Of a DNA stretch of 64,000 nucleotides, positions 13,631-29,512 are shown piece by piece; position 1 is the first letter of the stretch; each line of letters begins with the position of its first letter. The notes beneath the pieces are model-generated. The model was not told the origin of the DNA. It did no database searches and was given only the letters and a program-made list of their open reading frames with translations. The stretch comes from the human T2T-CHM13v2.0 reference genome, Homo sapiens. The stretch spans positions 10,496,001 through 10,560,000 of the forward strand of contig CP068257.2 of assembly GCA_009914755.4 (NCBI GenBank). The letters are read 5' to 3'. The translations under genes were made by a program, and so were the position numbers.

Positions 13631-13845
13631 ATTCATATTATTTTAAAACAATTAAGAGAGGGAGGCAGAAAAATAAAGAGCACTTTAATCTGCAGGTAAA
13701 TAGATTATGTCTGCTGTAGACAACATAATAGCCTCCCAAAAATGTTCATGTCCTAATTCCCAGAGTTACAATTCCCTAACATACAAATATGTTAGGTTGC
13801 ATGGCAGTGGGAAATTAGATTTCAAGTGAAATTAAGGTTGTTAAG

Positions 13846-14072
13846 GCGGCGGGGGCAAAAAGGCGCAGCAGCAAAAATCCGCGGCGGCGGGGGGCAAAAA
13901 GCCATGGCGGGCATAAACCCGCGGCGGCAGGGGGGCAAATATCCGCGGGGGGCAAAAAGCCACGGCGCCGGGGTGGGGCAAAAAGCCGGGGCGGGGAACA
14001 ACCCATGGTGGCGAGGGGAGGGGGACAAAAACCCGGGGTGGGCAAAAAGCGGCGGCGGCAAAAAGCTGCAGC
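13846..14072. repeat. Second copy of the GC-rich minisatellite (about 10 units), same orientation as 3037-3425
   Basis: ggcggcgggggcaaaaaggcgcagcagcaaaaatccgcggcggcggggggcaaaaagccatggcgggc... The unit is the same as in the first array. The left flank shares the short string aaattaagg with the first copy. Confidence 0.85.
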
Positions 14073-15101
14073 CCAGGAAACATCACTTACTGTCCCTGCT
14101 AGTGTTGGGAAAGAAAGGAGGACACTCTTTAGAAACGTCTTTTACAATGAGACTGATAGTGGACTGTGTCTTAGAGCCATGAAAGGAAAGGAGAAGTTGT
14201 AGGATTTCCTGGGAATGTCAGCTAACCTGAGCCTAGGGGCCTGAGCCCAAGGGCAGACTGAGGCTCCCCCAGCACAGGGAGGTGCTGCCTGTGACAAGGG
14301 GTAGTGCTGGCACAGTGCAGGCTACTCCCTAGAAAGATCAGCTTGAATATGCAGGAAGAGCAGGACCCTCGGGCTGAGGCAGAGGTGGAATGGGAAGTGC
14401 ATGGTGGTAATTTAGTTCTCCAGAGGCCAGAAGTAGGAGGAGCGGTTGGAATGCTGATGGCCCAAAGGGAAACCCTGGACTACCCTGGCCTCCCACAGGA
14501 CTCTCATAGTAATTGCGGCTCCCTGCAGTGGTGAGGCCAGAAGGAGTGTTGCCCAATGCTGTCATCATCCAGTCCACCCCCCACCCACCATCAACAGATG
14601 AGCATGGTCATGAGTGTGGTCACCTCATCAGTCATTTGCTCAGTTGTGAAAAAGAAATTGTTCAGAGAAGAGCAAAGTGTTTTTCCATGAGCCAAAGGTC
14701 AGCCAAGTTATGCTAATGAGGAGGACTGGAGACAGCGTGTCACAGACACCGAGAAGGAGCACTGGGCAAGGGCACTTCTCCCAGGGCAGAGCCCACAAGG
14801 AGCGTCCTGGCACCAGACACTCAGGGAACTGAAGGCTGGCAGGGGCCCGCCCAGTAGTCTCTTGCCCACTGCGTGCCTTTAGGCTACAGCCTCCCAGGCC
14901 CCGTGCCCCCTCCCCTCCCCCCCATGCCACTCTGGGGAGAATGCTGACCCTGAGGGTGGTGCAACCATCTGCCTGCCCCTGGCCACCACCTCTCACCAGC
15001 ATGTGAATGCTCTTGGGCTCAGTTCTGTATCTGCAGTAGGAGGGTGTTTAGCCACATGAGAGAGTCTCACCTTTTGACATTCTATGTCTTTCAGTCTGTC
15101 A

Positions 15102-15458
<357 letters not shown>

Positions 15459-17380
15459 TTATGTGCATACAGGTATTTGGGTACCACATTTGTAATTTAC
15501 AGTGAGTTTGAAAGATAGAAATTGTAACAGTATGGTTGGGAGCCAGGTATGTAAGGCAGTTGCCGGTGGGCATGTTTTGAACCTGTATTGGGCCCTTATA
15601 TGTATGATCTCTGTGATCCCATCATTACTGTTCATTTCTTCCAGGAGAGGAATGACACACTTCTCACTTTAATTGCCAGATTATCTCCAATTCTGAATCA
15701 GTGGAATATAATTTAATATGATTTTACTATGATTGAGTCATTCTCTCCCAGGTACTGCTGGGCTAGGATAAAATGAGATCTGAATTACATTAAAATAATT
15801 AATTATTCCAAGAGAAGAGGTGACAGAATGTTTTAAGTGGGTGTGTAATTTAGATAACCTAGATGCAGATAAGCTGAATAAAGCATTTAATCCAGCACAT
15901 TCATATTTTAACTTGATCATCAGCAATGGGAGTTTGAAACCCAATTGCAGCTGCAGGTCCCACACAACTGAATTTGGTTCCGTGTGCATAGCAGTGTTCG
16001 CTGGACATGCCTGGAAGTCTGAAGGTGTGCCCTTTTATAGGCAGGAATTCCACCAGGATGGGTATAGCTTGTTTTTTTAAAAGGCTTGGGACTGGATATG
16101 ATTGCCCAAGAAGACAGTGTAGACAGCGAGGAGGGCTGAGCATGAATGGGATGACCTACCAGCACAAAAACAGCAGGCAGGAAGGCAGTAAAGAAATCAG
16201 CAGGGCCCAAACCAGGAGAGTGTGGCATGCCACGGTGGAGACTGAACAGAAACAAAGCCACGGGCGACTGTAGTGTTGTTCCCTGTTGAAGGAGAGACAC
16301 TCTATTATAGAAGACCTGGACTTCAGTTCAGTTCAGTTTCCTTAGTAAAGGACAAAATGGGGAGAGAAGACAGGGAATCAGGGAAGAAAAACTCATTCAC
16401 TTATGTGAGGCAAACATCGCATGCAGTCGTACCAACCAACAAAACATGATAAGCTACAAAGAACTACGGTTTTTGCTACTCTCAAAACGCTACTGAGATT
16501 ACCAGGTTTTAAGCTTATTTCAAGATTATTTATAGGTGATTCCCCAACTGGGAAGGTCATTTCTGAATTTCTTCTCTTCTAAAATAGATCTAGAAAAATT
16601 AACAAACCTTATTCCAGTAAGAAAGTTTGGGATGTACTGCTTCAGCCCCTGTCCTAAGGAAATTATCAAGCCTGGAGGGTGGGGTGCTATCAACTGCCTG
16701 CCAACATGTTACCTTCTGGCATCCAGAAGCTTCCCTGTGCCAGATGTAGCCACCAATGTGGGGAGGAGAGCACAAAGAGCAGAGAATCCACAGAAACCAT
16801 ACCTGCAGGGAGCAAACACCATCACACCCCACTGCTGTGAATGCAAATGCATTTACCTGTTCTTACCATCTCCCTCAGCATTTTGAATCTATTCTGGGAT
16901 TAGACAAGCTCCCAGACTTAACTGCTATGTTTAATAAAAACATGGTAAAGGAAGAATCGGGGCTATTAAAATGCTTAAGAATGAGAAAGTTGAAAAAAGA
17001 AAAAAAGAGGTAGATTGTGTTTGGCCTGTCTTCTCCCCACCGTAAGGGGTTGCCACTCAGCTGGAGGCCTGCTGGTTCGTGTGGGCCAGCCCTCGACACC
17101 TCAGTGACCAAACGAAATACAACCCTCACTAGAGCTTCTTGTACTTGGCAAGACCCAGGCGTAGACCTGGGCTACCAAACAAAACCTTGTGTTCTTAGAG
17201 CCTGGGAACAAGAGCTTTGACAGTTTCCACAAAGAACTCTTCCATAGCACTAGCATTTCTATTTGCACCTGCCTGCAGCCATTACTACGTTGACCTCTGG
17301 AAATGTCACATCAGCTGTTCTTGAGATAAAATACCATTTGCTATTTTTTTTTTATCTAGGCCCTGTCCCTTTGATGTTAA

Positions 17381-17470
<90 letters not shown>

Positions 17471-18780
17471 TGAAAACAGGCAGGATTTATCAGAACTTTT
17501 ATAAATGTTGTGAAAAATGAAGGTGAATAAACACCTGTTTTTCCAGCATCTAGTATACATCTTAAAATCTGAGAAGTGAACTTCTCTGTTTTGATTGTAA
17601 AAGGAAAGAGAACGGTAACACAGAAACTTTGTGTCCCAAATAGAGCACAGATAACTTGTCTATTACTCATAGTAATCCTCCCTTAAATTTGTATAACATG
17701 CGAAGTTTTACACAGTACTTATACCTCCCTTATCTAATTCAATCTTCATAACCACCCTGGGCAGTACTAATATTATAAACCAGTCTCCAACCTCAAGGTT
17801 GGTGCTCTTGCCACTGCCCAGGTGAAGCTGCAAAGCTGTGGCCACCTCTGTCTCCATGGTTGCATCTGTCTGGCCGTCTCAGGCCTCAACACTGCCCCAT
17901 CCATGTACTAAGAGTTAACCAAGCATGGAATTGGGGTATGTTACCTGAGCATCAGTCAGTTTTGCCAGGAGACCTGATACTTGTCCTTGTTTCTGTTGGT
18001 CTATTTAGGGAAAGCTGGGAATGCGTCCTTCCATGACTTGTTGGTTTTTAGCACTCTTGTCTGGATTTGCATGTGTAAATATACCTGTGCTATGCAGCTG
18101 CGTGGGTGTCCCCAAAGGAGGGATTGTTGCAGTCTTTGCTTGCCCTTTTGTCTTCTAGGAATAATGGCCTTACATTCTGGACTGAAACCTACTATGATTC
18201 GAGCATTACCTGACGATTTAGCACTCTTTTTGGCCGACGAATATACCAGGAAGTTGATGATGAGCCAGTTGGAAGCATACTGAAGTGTCTTGGACGGCCT
18301 GAGCCAAGCACAGGTGTTTGAGGACTACAGTTCATCTCAGGGTTTCTTGTAGTACAAGACCAGTGTGAAGTTATTCTGATTTCTTGGGAATTTTGCTTTT
18401 TCGTCTTCCCTTATACCCTACATCTTAAATTGTATGGAAGAACCTCTATTTTGCATCATGTCATTTCTGCCCATAATTGTACTGAAATAGAGAAGTCACT
18501 GCTCTTTCCCTTGGTAAAATAGAGAGTGGTCAGTAGCCTTATGCACCTAATTCAAAAGACTGAGTACAGTTCTGTCAGGGCTTTTACATAAACCTCTACT
18601 TGCACATGTAATTTGGACAGTTATGTGCTGAGGGAAATACAGTTTGGTTCCATGTTTATTTCAAATATTACCAGAAAAACCCAGAAGTGATCATTTCTCA
18701 TGAAGATGCTTACAAATGGTTGCTTAACCCATTCTAGATGCAGGATCTGCTTAACGTGTGTTACTATTCTAAGTGGTTGA

Positions 18781-19076
18781 TTTTTTTTTTTTTTCTTAAT
18801 ATGGAGTCTCAGTCTCTTGCCAGTCTGAAGTGCAGTGATGCAGTCTCGGCTCACTGCAACCTCTGCTTCCTGGGTTCAAGCAATTCTCCTGCCTCAGCCT
18901 CCCGAGTAAGTGGGATTACAGGGGTGCTCTACCACACCTGGCTAATTTTTGTATTTTTAGTACAGATAGGGTTTCACCATGTTGGTCAGGCTGGCCTCGA
19001 ACTCCTGACCTCGTGATCCACCCGCCTCGGCCTCCCAAAGTGCTGGGATTACAGGCATGAGCCACTGCACCTGGCC
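18781..19076 (-). mobile_element. Alu, antisense
   Basis: Poly-T, then ggagtctcagtctcttgccagtctgaagtgcagtgatgcagtctcggctcactgcaacctc ... ggcatgagccactgcacctggcc. Confidence 0.9.
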
Positions 19077-19084
19077 AAATAAAA

Positions 19085-22000
19085 CATATTTTTAATGAAT
19101 AAAAATTAAGGACAAAGAAGAGCATTCCTTATAGAATGATAAAGGACACAATTCAACCAGAAGACCTAGCCTAAATATGTACACACCCAACATTGGAGCA
19201 CCCAAATTCATAAAACAAGTTTTTCTTGGTCTACAAAAAGATTTAGACACACAATAACAGCAGGAGACTTCAACAACCCACTGACAGCAATAGACAGATC
19301 ATTGAGGCAGAAAACTAACAAACTCTGTACTCGCACTTGACAGTTGACCAATTGGACCTGATAGACATCTACAGAACACTTTGCCCAACAAACACAGAAG
19401 ATACATTCTTATGTGCACACAGAACATATTCTAAGATCAAGCACATGCTTGGCCATAAAGCAAGCCTCAATAAATTCAAAAAGTTTGAAATCATACCAAG
19501 CACACACTCTGACCACAGTGAGACAAAAATAGAAATCAGTATCAAGAAGATCTCTCAAAACTACATAAATACATGGTAATTACATAATTTGCTCCTGAAT
19601 AACTCCTGGGTGAAAATCTAAATTAAGGCAGAAATAAAAAAATTCTTTGCAATTAATGAAAATAGGGACACAACATACCAGAATCTCTGGGATGCAGCTA
19701 AGGCAGTGTTAAGAGGAAAGTTTACACACGAAATGCCTTCATCAAGAAGTTAGAAATATCTCAAATTAACTTTCCTACTTTGCAGTTAAGGGAACTAGAA
19801 AAAAAGAACAAACTAACTCCAAAGCTGGCAGAAGAGAAATATCTAAAATTAGAGAAGCACTGAATGAAGTGCTTTTTGAGGTGCTGTTTTTTTAGACTAG
19901 ATGCAAAAATCCACACAAATGATCAATGAAACCAATAATTAGTTTTTCAAAAAATAAACAAGATGGATAGCCTGATAGCTAAACAAAGAAAAAAAGAGAA
20001 GAGCCAAATAAGTACAATCATAAATGACAAAGATGACATTACAAACAATCCCACAGAAATACAAAAGATCCTCAGAGAATACTATAAACAACTCTATGCA
20101 CACAAATTAGATAATCTAGAGGAAATGGAGAAATTCCTGGAAACATACAATCTCCCAAGATTGAATTAGAAAGAGATTGAAACCTTAAATAGACAAATAC
20201 CGAGTTCCAAAATCAAATCATTAATGTAAAATCTACCAACAAGGAAAAGCCCTGGACCAGATGACGCAAGAGCTGAATTCTACCAGATGTACAAAGAACT
20301 GGTACTAGTTCTATTGAAACTATTCCAAAGAACTGAGGATGAGGGGCTCCTCCCTAACTCAGTCTATGAAGCCAGCATCAGCCTAATACCAAAATCTGGC
20401 AGAGAAACACACAAAAAGAAAACTTCAGGCCAATTACTCTGATTAACATAGACACAAAAATTCTCAACCAAATACTAGGAAACAGAATCCAGCAGCACAT
20501 CAGTAAGTTAATCCACCACAATCAAGTCTTCAGTACAGGGATGCAAGGCTGGTTCAAATATGATGTTCATATTTACAACATACTAAATGTGGTAAATCAC
20601 ATTTAGTGATTCACCACATAAGCAGAACTAAAAGAAAAACCATATCATCATCTCAATAGATGCAGAAACAACTTTTGATAAAATCCAACATCCCTTCACA
20701 TTAAAAACCTCAACAGACTCAGCATCAAGGGAACATACCTCAAAATAATAGGAGCCATCTATGACAAACTCACAGCCACCAACCTACTGAATGGGCACAA
20801 GTTGGAAGCAATCCCCATGAGAAATGGAGCAAGACAATGATGCCGACTCTCATCACTCCTATTCAACGTAGCACTGGAAGACCTACCTGGAGAACTCAGG
20901 CAGGAGAAAGAAAGAATAGGCATCCAAATAGCAAAAGAAGAAGTCAAACTATCTCTCTTCACTGATGATATGATTCTATATCCAGAAAAGCAAAGACTCT
21001 GCCAAAAGGCTACTAGAACTGATAAATAACTTTAGCAAAGTTTCAGGATAAAAAATCAATGTATAAAAATCAATAGCATTTCTATACACCAATAATGTCC
21101 AGGCTGAGAGTTAAATCAAGAACAGAATCCCATTTATGGTAGCGACAAGGAAAATGAAATAACTAGGAATACAGCTAACAAAGGATGTGAAAGATCTCTA
21201 CAAGAACTATAAAACACTGCAGAAAGAAATCAGAGATAACACAATTAAATGGAAAAACATTCCATGCTCATGGATTGGAAGAATCAGTATCATTCAAATG
21301 GCCATACTGCCCAAAGCAATTGACAGATTCAGTGCTATTTCTATCAAACTACCAATGTCATTCTTCACAGAATTAGAAAAAAGTATTCTAGAAGTCATAT
21401 GAAACCAAAAGAGGGCCTCAATAGCCTAAGCAAATCTAAGCAAAAGGCAAAGCCAGAGGCTTCAAACTATAAGGCTATATTATCCAAAACAGCATGGTAC
21501 TGGTACAAAAGCAGACATATAGACCAATGGAACAGAATAGAAAACCCAGAATAAAGCCTTACACTTAAAACCACCTGATATTGCAAGGCTGACAAAAACA
21601 AGCAATGGGGGAAGGACTCCCTATTCAATAAATGGTGTTGGGGTAACTGGCTAGCAATATGCAGAATAATGATACTCGACCCATACCTTTCATCATATAC
21701 AAAAATTAACTGGAGATAGATTAAAGATTTAAATGTAAGACCTCAAGTGATAAAAATCCTAGAAGAAAACCTCAGAAATACCCTTCTTGACATTGGCCTT
21801 CGGAAAGAATTTTTAACTAAGTCCCCAAAAGCAATTGCAATAACAACAAAGATTGACAAGTGGGACCTAATAAAGCTAAAGCGCTTTGGCACAGCAAGAG
21901 AAACGATCGACAGAGCAAACAGACAACCCAGAGAACAGGAGGAAACATTTGCAAACTATGCATCCAACAAAGGTCTAATATCCAGAATCTATAAGGAACT

Positions 22001-22840
22001 TACACAAATCCACACGCAGAAACCAAATAACCCCATTAAAAATGTGGAAAGAACATGACACATACTTCTCAAAAGAAGACATACAAGTGACCAATGAGCA
22101 TCTGGAAAAATGCTTCACTTCACGAATTGTCAGAGAAGTGCAAATCAAAACCACAATGAGATACCATCTCACACTAGTCAGAATGGCGATTAATAAAAAG
22201 TCAAAAACAACAGATGCTGGCAAGGCTGCAGAGAAAAGGGAACGTTTATACATTGTTGGTGGGAGTGTAAATTAGTTCAGCCACTGTGGAAAGCAGTCTG
22301 GAGATTTCTCAAAGAACTTAAAATGAGCTACCATTCGACCCAGTAATCCCACTATTGGATATATACCCAATGGGAAAAAGACCACTCTACCAAAAGACAC
22401 ACACACTGATATGTTAATTGCTGTGCTATTCACAATAGTAAAGATATGGAGTCAACCTAGGTGCCCATCAGTGGTGGATTGGATAAAGAAAATGTGGTAC
22501 ATACACACGATGGAATTCTACACAGCCATAAATATGAGTGAAATCAGGTCTTTTGCAGCAACGTAGATGGAGCCGGAGGCCATTATCCTAAGCAAATTAA
22601 TGCAAGACCAGAAAACCAAATACTACATATTCTCACCTATGAGAGCTAAACAACAGGTACCCTTGGACATAAGGTTGGGAACAACAGACACTGTGGACTA
22701 CTAGAGGGGGATGGAGGGAGAGGGGTGCAGGTTGAAAAACTACCTATTGGGTACTATGCTCTCTACCGGGGTGCAATATACTGATGTGACAAACTTGCAC
22801 ACATACCCCCATATTTAAAATTAAAGCTAAAATTTTAAGA
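19085..22840 (+). mobile_element. L1 (older primate L1PA/L1PB-like), 5'-truncated within the ORF2 EN domain and running to the 3' end, sense, about 3.75 kb
   Basis: Collinear with L1 ORF2, for example ggagacttcaacaacccactgacagcaatagacagatcattgagg, caaatactaggaaacagaatccagcagcacatcag, atctcaatagatgcagaaacaacttttgataaaatccaacatcccttcac, and aaatggaaaaacattccatgctcatggattggaagaatcag. It continues through the L1 3'UTR. Track ORFs 19337-19579, 19963-20169, 21187-21402, 21747-22058 and 22042-22275 are frameshifted ORF2 remnants. Confidence 0.9.
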
Positions 22841-23989
22841 CATGAGTATCATTCTGATCTAAGTTTCTTGAGTTGTTCAAAGAATCATTCATTTTGCATT
22901 CTAAGAAAACAACACCCAAAGAGGCCTTAAATGAGTTTTCTTTGAATAAGCAAAAGCAGAATAGTGTGACAACTCACAATTTCCAGAAATTTTCGTGGGT
23001 CTTGGAGGTCTGGGGAAGAGAAACCTTAATGGTAATCTCCTTATTTCAAAAAGGGAAATCCTTAAAATAAAAAAGGGAGTTTCCTTCCTTCCTGTGTTTC
23101 TAGTACTGAAAAAGACAGATCTTAATCTTCACTGAGCCAGCTAAGTATTTTCCTCCCTATTCACCTAAACCCAGGACATAATCTGCCCTCTGTAGATTAT
23201 CGCTGTGTGAATTTTAAAGGAAATAGCATAACCTATGTTGTGCCTACACGTTTCTGTCGTATGAATGGCAGGGTATAATATTAACATGAAAGTAATTTGA
23301 AAGCATGTTCTACGATCTTTTCCTCAAAGAAGGAGCCAGATCAGGGGGAGTAAAGGAAAAAGACCTTTAGTTGGGCTGCTGCACGGGCAGTTGGAACCTT
23401 TTTTGGACTATTTAGAGGAGAAGAAGTCACCTGCAGCGAGGCGGCTCACCAACCTAGTGGGGCTCTTGGCTCCTGGCAGGTTGCTGCCTTCCGTGCCCAC
23501 CATGGCTCAGGGCTCTACTCTCATCTGTGCCACTTGGTACCCACAGACCTTATAGCAAGTGTTTTTCTATTTCCACTCAAAAATTAAAAAGCTCTATGGC
23601 AAACTCCCGACATTGAGCTGCTGATGTGGGTGGTCCCAGCGGTTAGTGTGTTGGTTAGAAAGTTGCTATGCCGGACAGGTTTGCCCTGGACTCTCAAACC
23701 CTGTATTTTCATGAACTGCTTCTTTTTTCAGTCCTTTCTGTAGAGTGCTAGGTTTTTCAGGAATGAGTTTATCGTGTTTTAGCAGTGACACTTGTCTTAT
23801 TAGTTGTTACCTTTCATTTCCTGATGAACGAATCTTGGTCTAGATTGTTGAGGGACTTGCCAATAAAAGGAAAATCATTCAAATAAGAATAATTTCAATA
23901 AAGCCAAGATAGAAGGTTTTCAAGGACAATCATGGCCGGAAGATACAGTGGCAATAAAGGTATTTTGAATGAATTAACACCCATGGACT

Positions 23990-24309
<320 letters not shown>

Positions 24310-25183
24310 GTAGCACCCAGCACCAAAGAGGAAATAATAATGATTTCCTGTAGACATAAGGCTAACCAGTGTTTATAACGCAAAGATAACCTCCCTTCAG
24401 AGTCCCCCCAAGCTTAGGTGAAGTTGGTTGTGAGCAGGAATAGTGAATTTCAAAATAATACACCTAGATTACTCTAAGAATATTTCTTTTGACTTCACTT
24501 ACAATTTTATACAAAAGCAGAAGTTATTAAAGATTACTTTTCATATTTACCACCATCTTCTTACCCCAACCCCCATGTCTGTGTGTAATTAAAGGAAGCT
24601 TGTCAAGTAAGCTACCTATTTAGTGCTCGGAATGAAAGGGAGTGTGTGTTGGGAGTTGGGGGACTGCTTGCGTGAAACATTTCTCTCTTCTGGATTTAAA
24701 ACTTAGTCTTGGTTGCCAATCTGTTAACAGACAGTTTGTAAATGAAGGGGAAGAAAAATATATAAATTAGCTTTCTAATAAATCTGAAATTACAAATGTG
24801 AACCAAAGCAGGGAATAAATACTTGACCAAAAATATGTAAGTAAGTGGGTGTTGGGGAATCACAATTTTTGAATATCTCAAGTTTTTGCTTTGAAAGTTC
24901 TATTTCAAAGTTCTTCAAAATGATGCCTGATGTTCCTGCATACTGTGTTCCAAATTTAGGTAAATACAAGATGGAAACTGTGAAGTATGTACCTTCAAAA
25001 AAGAAGAAAGACACTGACATTTTATCTATATATATGTAATAGATTTATGAAGAACATATATAAACATATATAAACATAAATAAATACTTCAAGGAACATT
25101 TAGGATAGATTTAGGATATATGAACATGTGGCAGGGTTGGAAAGAACATAATTCTTTCCCAGAAGGGGAAGGGGGAGCTATAC

Positions 25184-25319
25184 TTAATCGGATCCAGCTA
25201 CAACATCACTGGAAGTCATTTTCTCGCCAAAAAGTATCTCCACGGCAAAATCTGATGGATAAATTCTCCGTGCTTTTTGTTTATGTAGATTATCCAATTC
25301 ATTTTTTGGTAGATAAAGC
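25184..25319 (-). CDS. TPTE: TPTE-family terminal coding exon (C-terminal tail), including the stop codon
   Basis: The minus strand shows the acceptor cttag|gctttatcta. The translation is (R)[44 protein letters not shown], with TAA at 25184-25186. The phase is continuous with exon 27104-27174. The 3'UTR continues to lower coordinates, and I did not see a canonical AATAAA within about 900 bp. Confidence 0.85.
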
Positions 25320-27103
25320 CTAAGAATAGAAAAAAATTATTACATTTTATATTGGGGCTCACTGAAAAGCCACACAGTTGGGTACCCACGTTAGAGCTGG
25401 AAGAAACAAAAAAAGAACCTCACCATGAATAGAACCTCAGCCCTTTTTTTGTGTCTCAGTTGGCTCCTTCCACCTTTTTACTGAGACATAAAAATACTTT
25501 AATCTTCAGCAACACATCAGTAACACATGCTGACTCTCTTAGCATTGCTTTATATGGAATTAATGACATCCAAGTTTAATAAAATATCTAAATTTCTCTC
25601 TGTGACAGAAATCAGTCAGGATAGACATGAATGAAAGCCCAGTAATAAAATACTATATCTCTTTTAATTTATGTGTGAGGTTGCAATTTTTTGAATTTTT
25701 ACAATCAGACCTTGGAAATGACCTTGAGCAGTAGGATATAACTCCCACATGCTGAGTGTTCCAATAATGGAACACTAGGCATAAATTGGTTAACCCATTT
25801 ATGCCTCGTGTTCTCAATGATAGAAGTTAGCATTTTTAGCTAAACAACAATCTCATAACAAAAACAGCTTTACCAAGTAGGATGTAAATTTAAATGTTAC
25901 AGAAATCTTTAGAAATTTATATAAAATAAGAATAAAAGTGACCTAGCTTATCACTTCTCCAAAATGAACATAGTGTTTTAAAGGAAAAAAAAAATGGTAT
26001 CCTTTAGCAAGAACCACTTTTGAGGAGCAGCATCAAATGAAGCTCCACCCAGGTCTCACTTTTTGAGGGTCTTTGCTCATGTTAGAATAAAAAGCTTATT
26101 GTTTGTATGCATCCAAAAAAAAAAACTTGTAAAAAATTTCCATCAAATACAAAGTTGACTCTATCAAAATCCATTAAATGTTTTGCATTGCAAGTGTGCA
26201 GACCAGAGGTTTAATTTCCTGTTGCCTTGCTGGACTTAAGGAATCATTCGATCCAGTTCACATTTGAAGAAAAGATTAGGACTGGATGTAACAATAACTA
26301 TCAATTCATGCCACATATAATCATAGCCACTTCTTCAACTCTGACCTAAATCATTTAAAAAATATTTTGTCCTTTTGTATTGAAGAGTATGGTTGACACA
26401 AAAAAAGTCTCAATTTTTCACCATCACAAAACAAATGCTACTTACAGTGGAGAACTTCTAGACTGAGAAATGAGTTTCCAAATATGGCAGAAGGTTTTTT
26501 TGGAACAATAATCTCCAAATCCAATTAATAATTTTTCAGAAAGGTTTCCCAATTCAGTTATTAGAAAGCCATATTTGAATGGCTATTTAAATAGACTATT
26601 ACTTAATGATATTTCTTAGCTGTATTCCTTAATACTGTGTCTTGTGACTTCTCCTAGATATAAGTGTGTCAGTCAGCTTTTCAGCTAGCTGAAGCCTCCC
26701 TAGGTCCTGCCTTCCTTTAGCACAAAAGTTGATGGTGGTTCATCATTGGTAAATCAACACCTACTGACAGGGACCTGACATATTGAAGGTGCTGAGCAGC
26801 CTCATATTGAACTTCTCTGGGAGGAATTTACTACCACACTTAAGATCTGATGATAATACTTTTGAACTCGTAACACAGTCCTATGGCATGGACCCTGAGG
26901 ATACTGCAACAGTGGGTCTCAAGAACAAATGGATTTTTAAAATAACCAAAGTAAGAAGAGTAAGGCAAGGAACAATGGTGGTTCAAGGATTTTTTGCTTT
27001 CTATAAATTAAGTTTATGACAACCAGCAAAAGACTTGCCATTACACCTTATACATAGACATTGAAGATTAGGCTGTTTCTATGGGTTTCTATTATATTCA
27101 TAC

Positions 27104-27174
27104 CTGTTATTTTCAATAAAAGATGTGTGCAACCAGAAGTAAAATGAGCAATTGTCATAGTATGTAGGAAGATT
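27104..27174 (-). CDS. TPTE: TPTE-family coding exon (C2 domain)
   Basis: Acceptor ctttttag|aatcttcc and donor aataacag|gtatgaat. Translation: [23 protein letters not shown](R). This is homologous to PTEN ...KMFHFWVNTFFIP. Confidence 0.85.
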
Positions 27175-27589
27175 CTAAAAAGAAAAAAAAATTTCAAAGT
27201 AAAACTGATACCAAGAACTAATCATTCCAAAGAAATTGAAGTTCCTTTCTTTATTCTTTTTTATATTTATCAAACAATTATAACCATTAAATATGTGGCA
27301 CTCTGCAATCTATAACAATACACTCAAGACACAAAGGAGGAGGCTTTAAGAAAATGCTACTGCATTCTCTTGCTGTTTCTATCAAAATTTTCAAGGAATA
27401 GTATTTTTCCCATGATAGGTATTTAATTTAAATGCTGCTATTTGAATCTGGTTTAGATAGTGCCAAACAGACTCTACTAAGGACCTATGTCTATATATAC
27501 CCAACTACATTGTAGTGAATTCTTGTAATTTTTTTGTTGCCTCAGCATCCCTTTTAATTATAAATTGGATTTTCTGATATCAGAAGCGG

Positions 27590-28250
<661 letters not shown>

Positions 28251-28585
28251 AAAACAAAATGTAATCAATGCTATGCAGTAAAACATACCTTTGGGGTTTT
28301 TTTTTTTTAGCATCTTGACTTTGTGTGTGTGTTTATTTTGTATTTTTTGTATTTGAGAATACATGTAAATTTAGAAAAATTTAGAAAATTTACAATTTAG
28401 AAAAAAACAAATGAACAAAAATTATTTAAATTACATACGCTCTTTTAAAAAAATTTGTTATAGATCTGATTTATTGTTTTCTTCCCCCTACCCCTCCCTT
28501 GTTGGGAATTGTAGTAAAGCAAATCTTACATGAAATCATTAGACCAGACAAGAACAATGGCAGAGGCTACTTTGTGATTACTCAC

Positions 28586-28678
28586 CGAATAGAAAAACTG
28601 CACTTTCACATCATCATACAGAGGTGGACCGTCGAATACATCAATTAATATTTTGTCTGTTGTAATGTTATCAAGTAC
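28586..28678 (-). CDS. TPTE: TPTE-family coding exon (C2 domain)
   Basis: Acceptor cattcatag|gtacttgat and donor ttctattcg|gtgagtaat. Translation: [31 protein letters not shown], phase 0 to 0. This is homologous to PTEN ...PLPVCGDIKVEFFHKQNK. Confidence 0.9.
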
Positions 28679-28867
28679 CTATGAATGAACACATGGAATT
28701 GAGAACTATAAACCTAGATAATGATAACAATGAAGTTCCTTTTCACTTATCATGACTTCCTGTATTTATCAAGTACTTTTGGTCTCACAGCCCAATCACT
28801 ACATACATAAATAATTATTAATAATCTCTTCTAGTTGCAATACTGTTGTTTATGCGTGTGTGTTTAC

Positions 28868-29512
<645 letters not shown>

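Noticed and set aside
12848-13719. Plus-strand ORFs of 213 aa and 189 aa (Ser/Phe/Leu/Pro-rich) and the minus ORF 13070-13309
   Set aside because: They are pure translation of the (CTTY)n polypyrimidine tract, and the 5' part is an L1 ORF2 EN-domain remnant.
13815-14202. Cluster of overlapping ORFs on both strands across the second minisatellite
   Set aside because: Same repeat-derived artefact as at the first array.
17981-18283. 100-aa plus-strand ORF whose last 40 codons follow a good polypyrimidine-AG acceptor (ttttgtcttctag at 18146-18158) and end ...[26 protein letters not shown]
   Set aside because: It lies on the opposite strand from the TPTE gene and downstream of the gene's stop. 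I recognise no protein homology, and an open frame of this length after a chance AG is expected in 64 kb. It is left as unsupported.
19337-22275. Several 65-103 aa ORFs with reverse-transcriptase-like peptides
   Set aside because: They are fragments of the frameshifted L1 ORF2 (19085-22840) and not a cellular gene.
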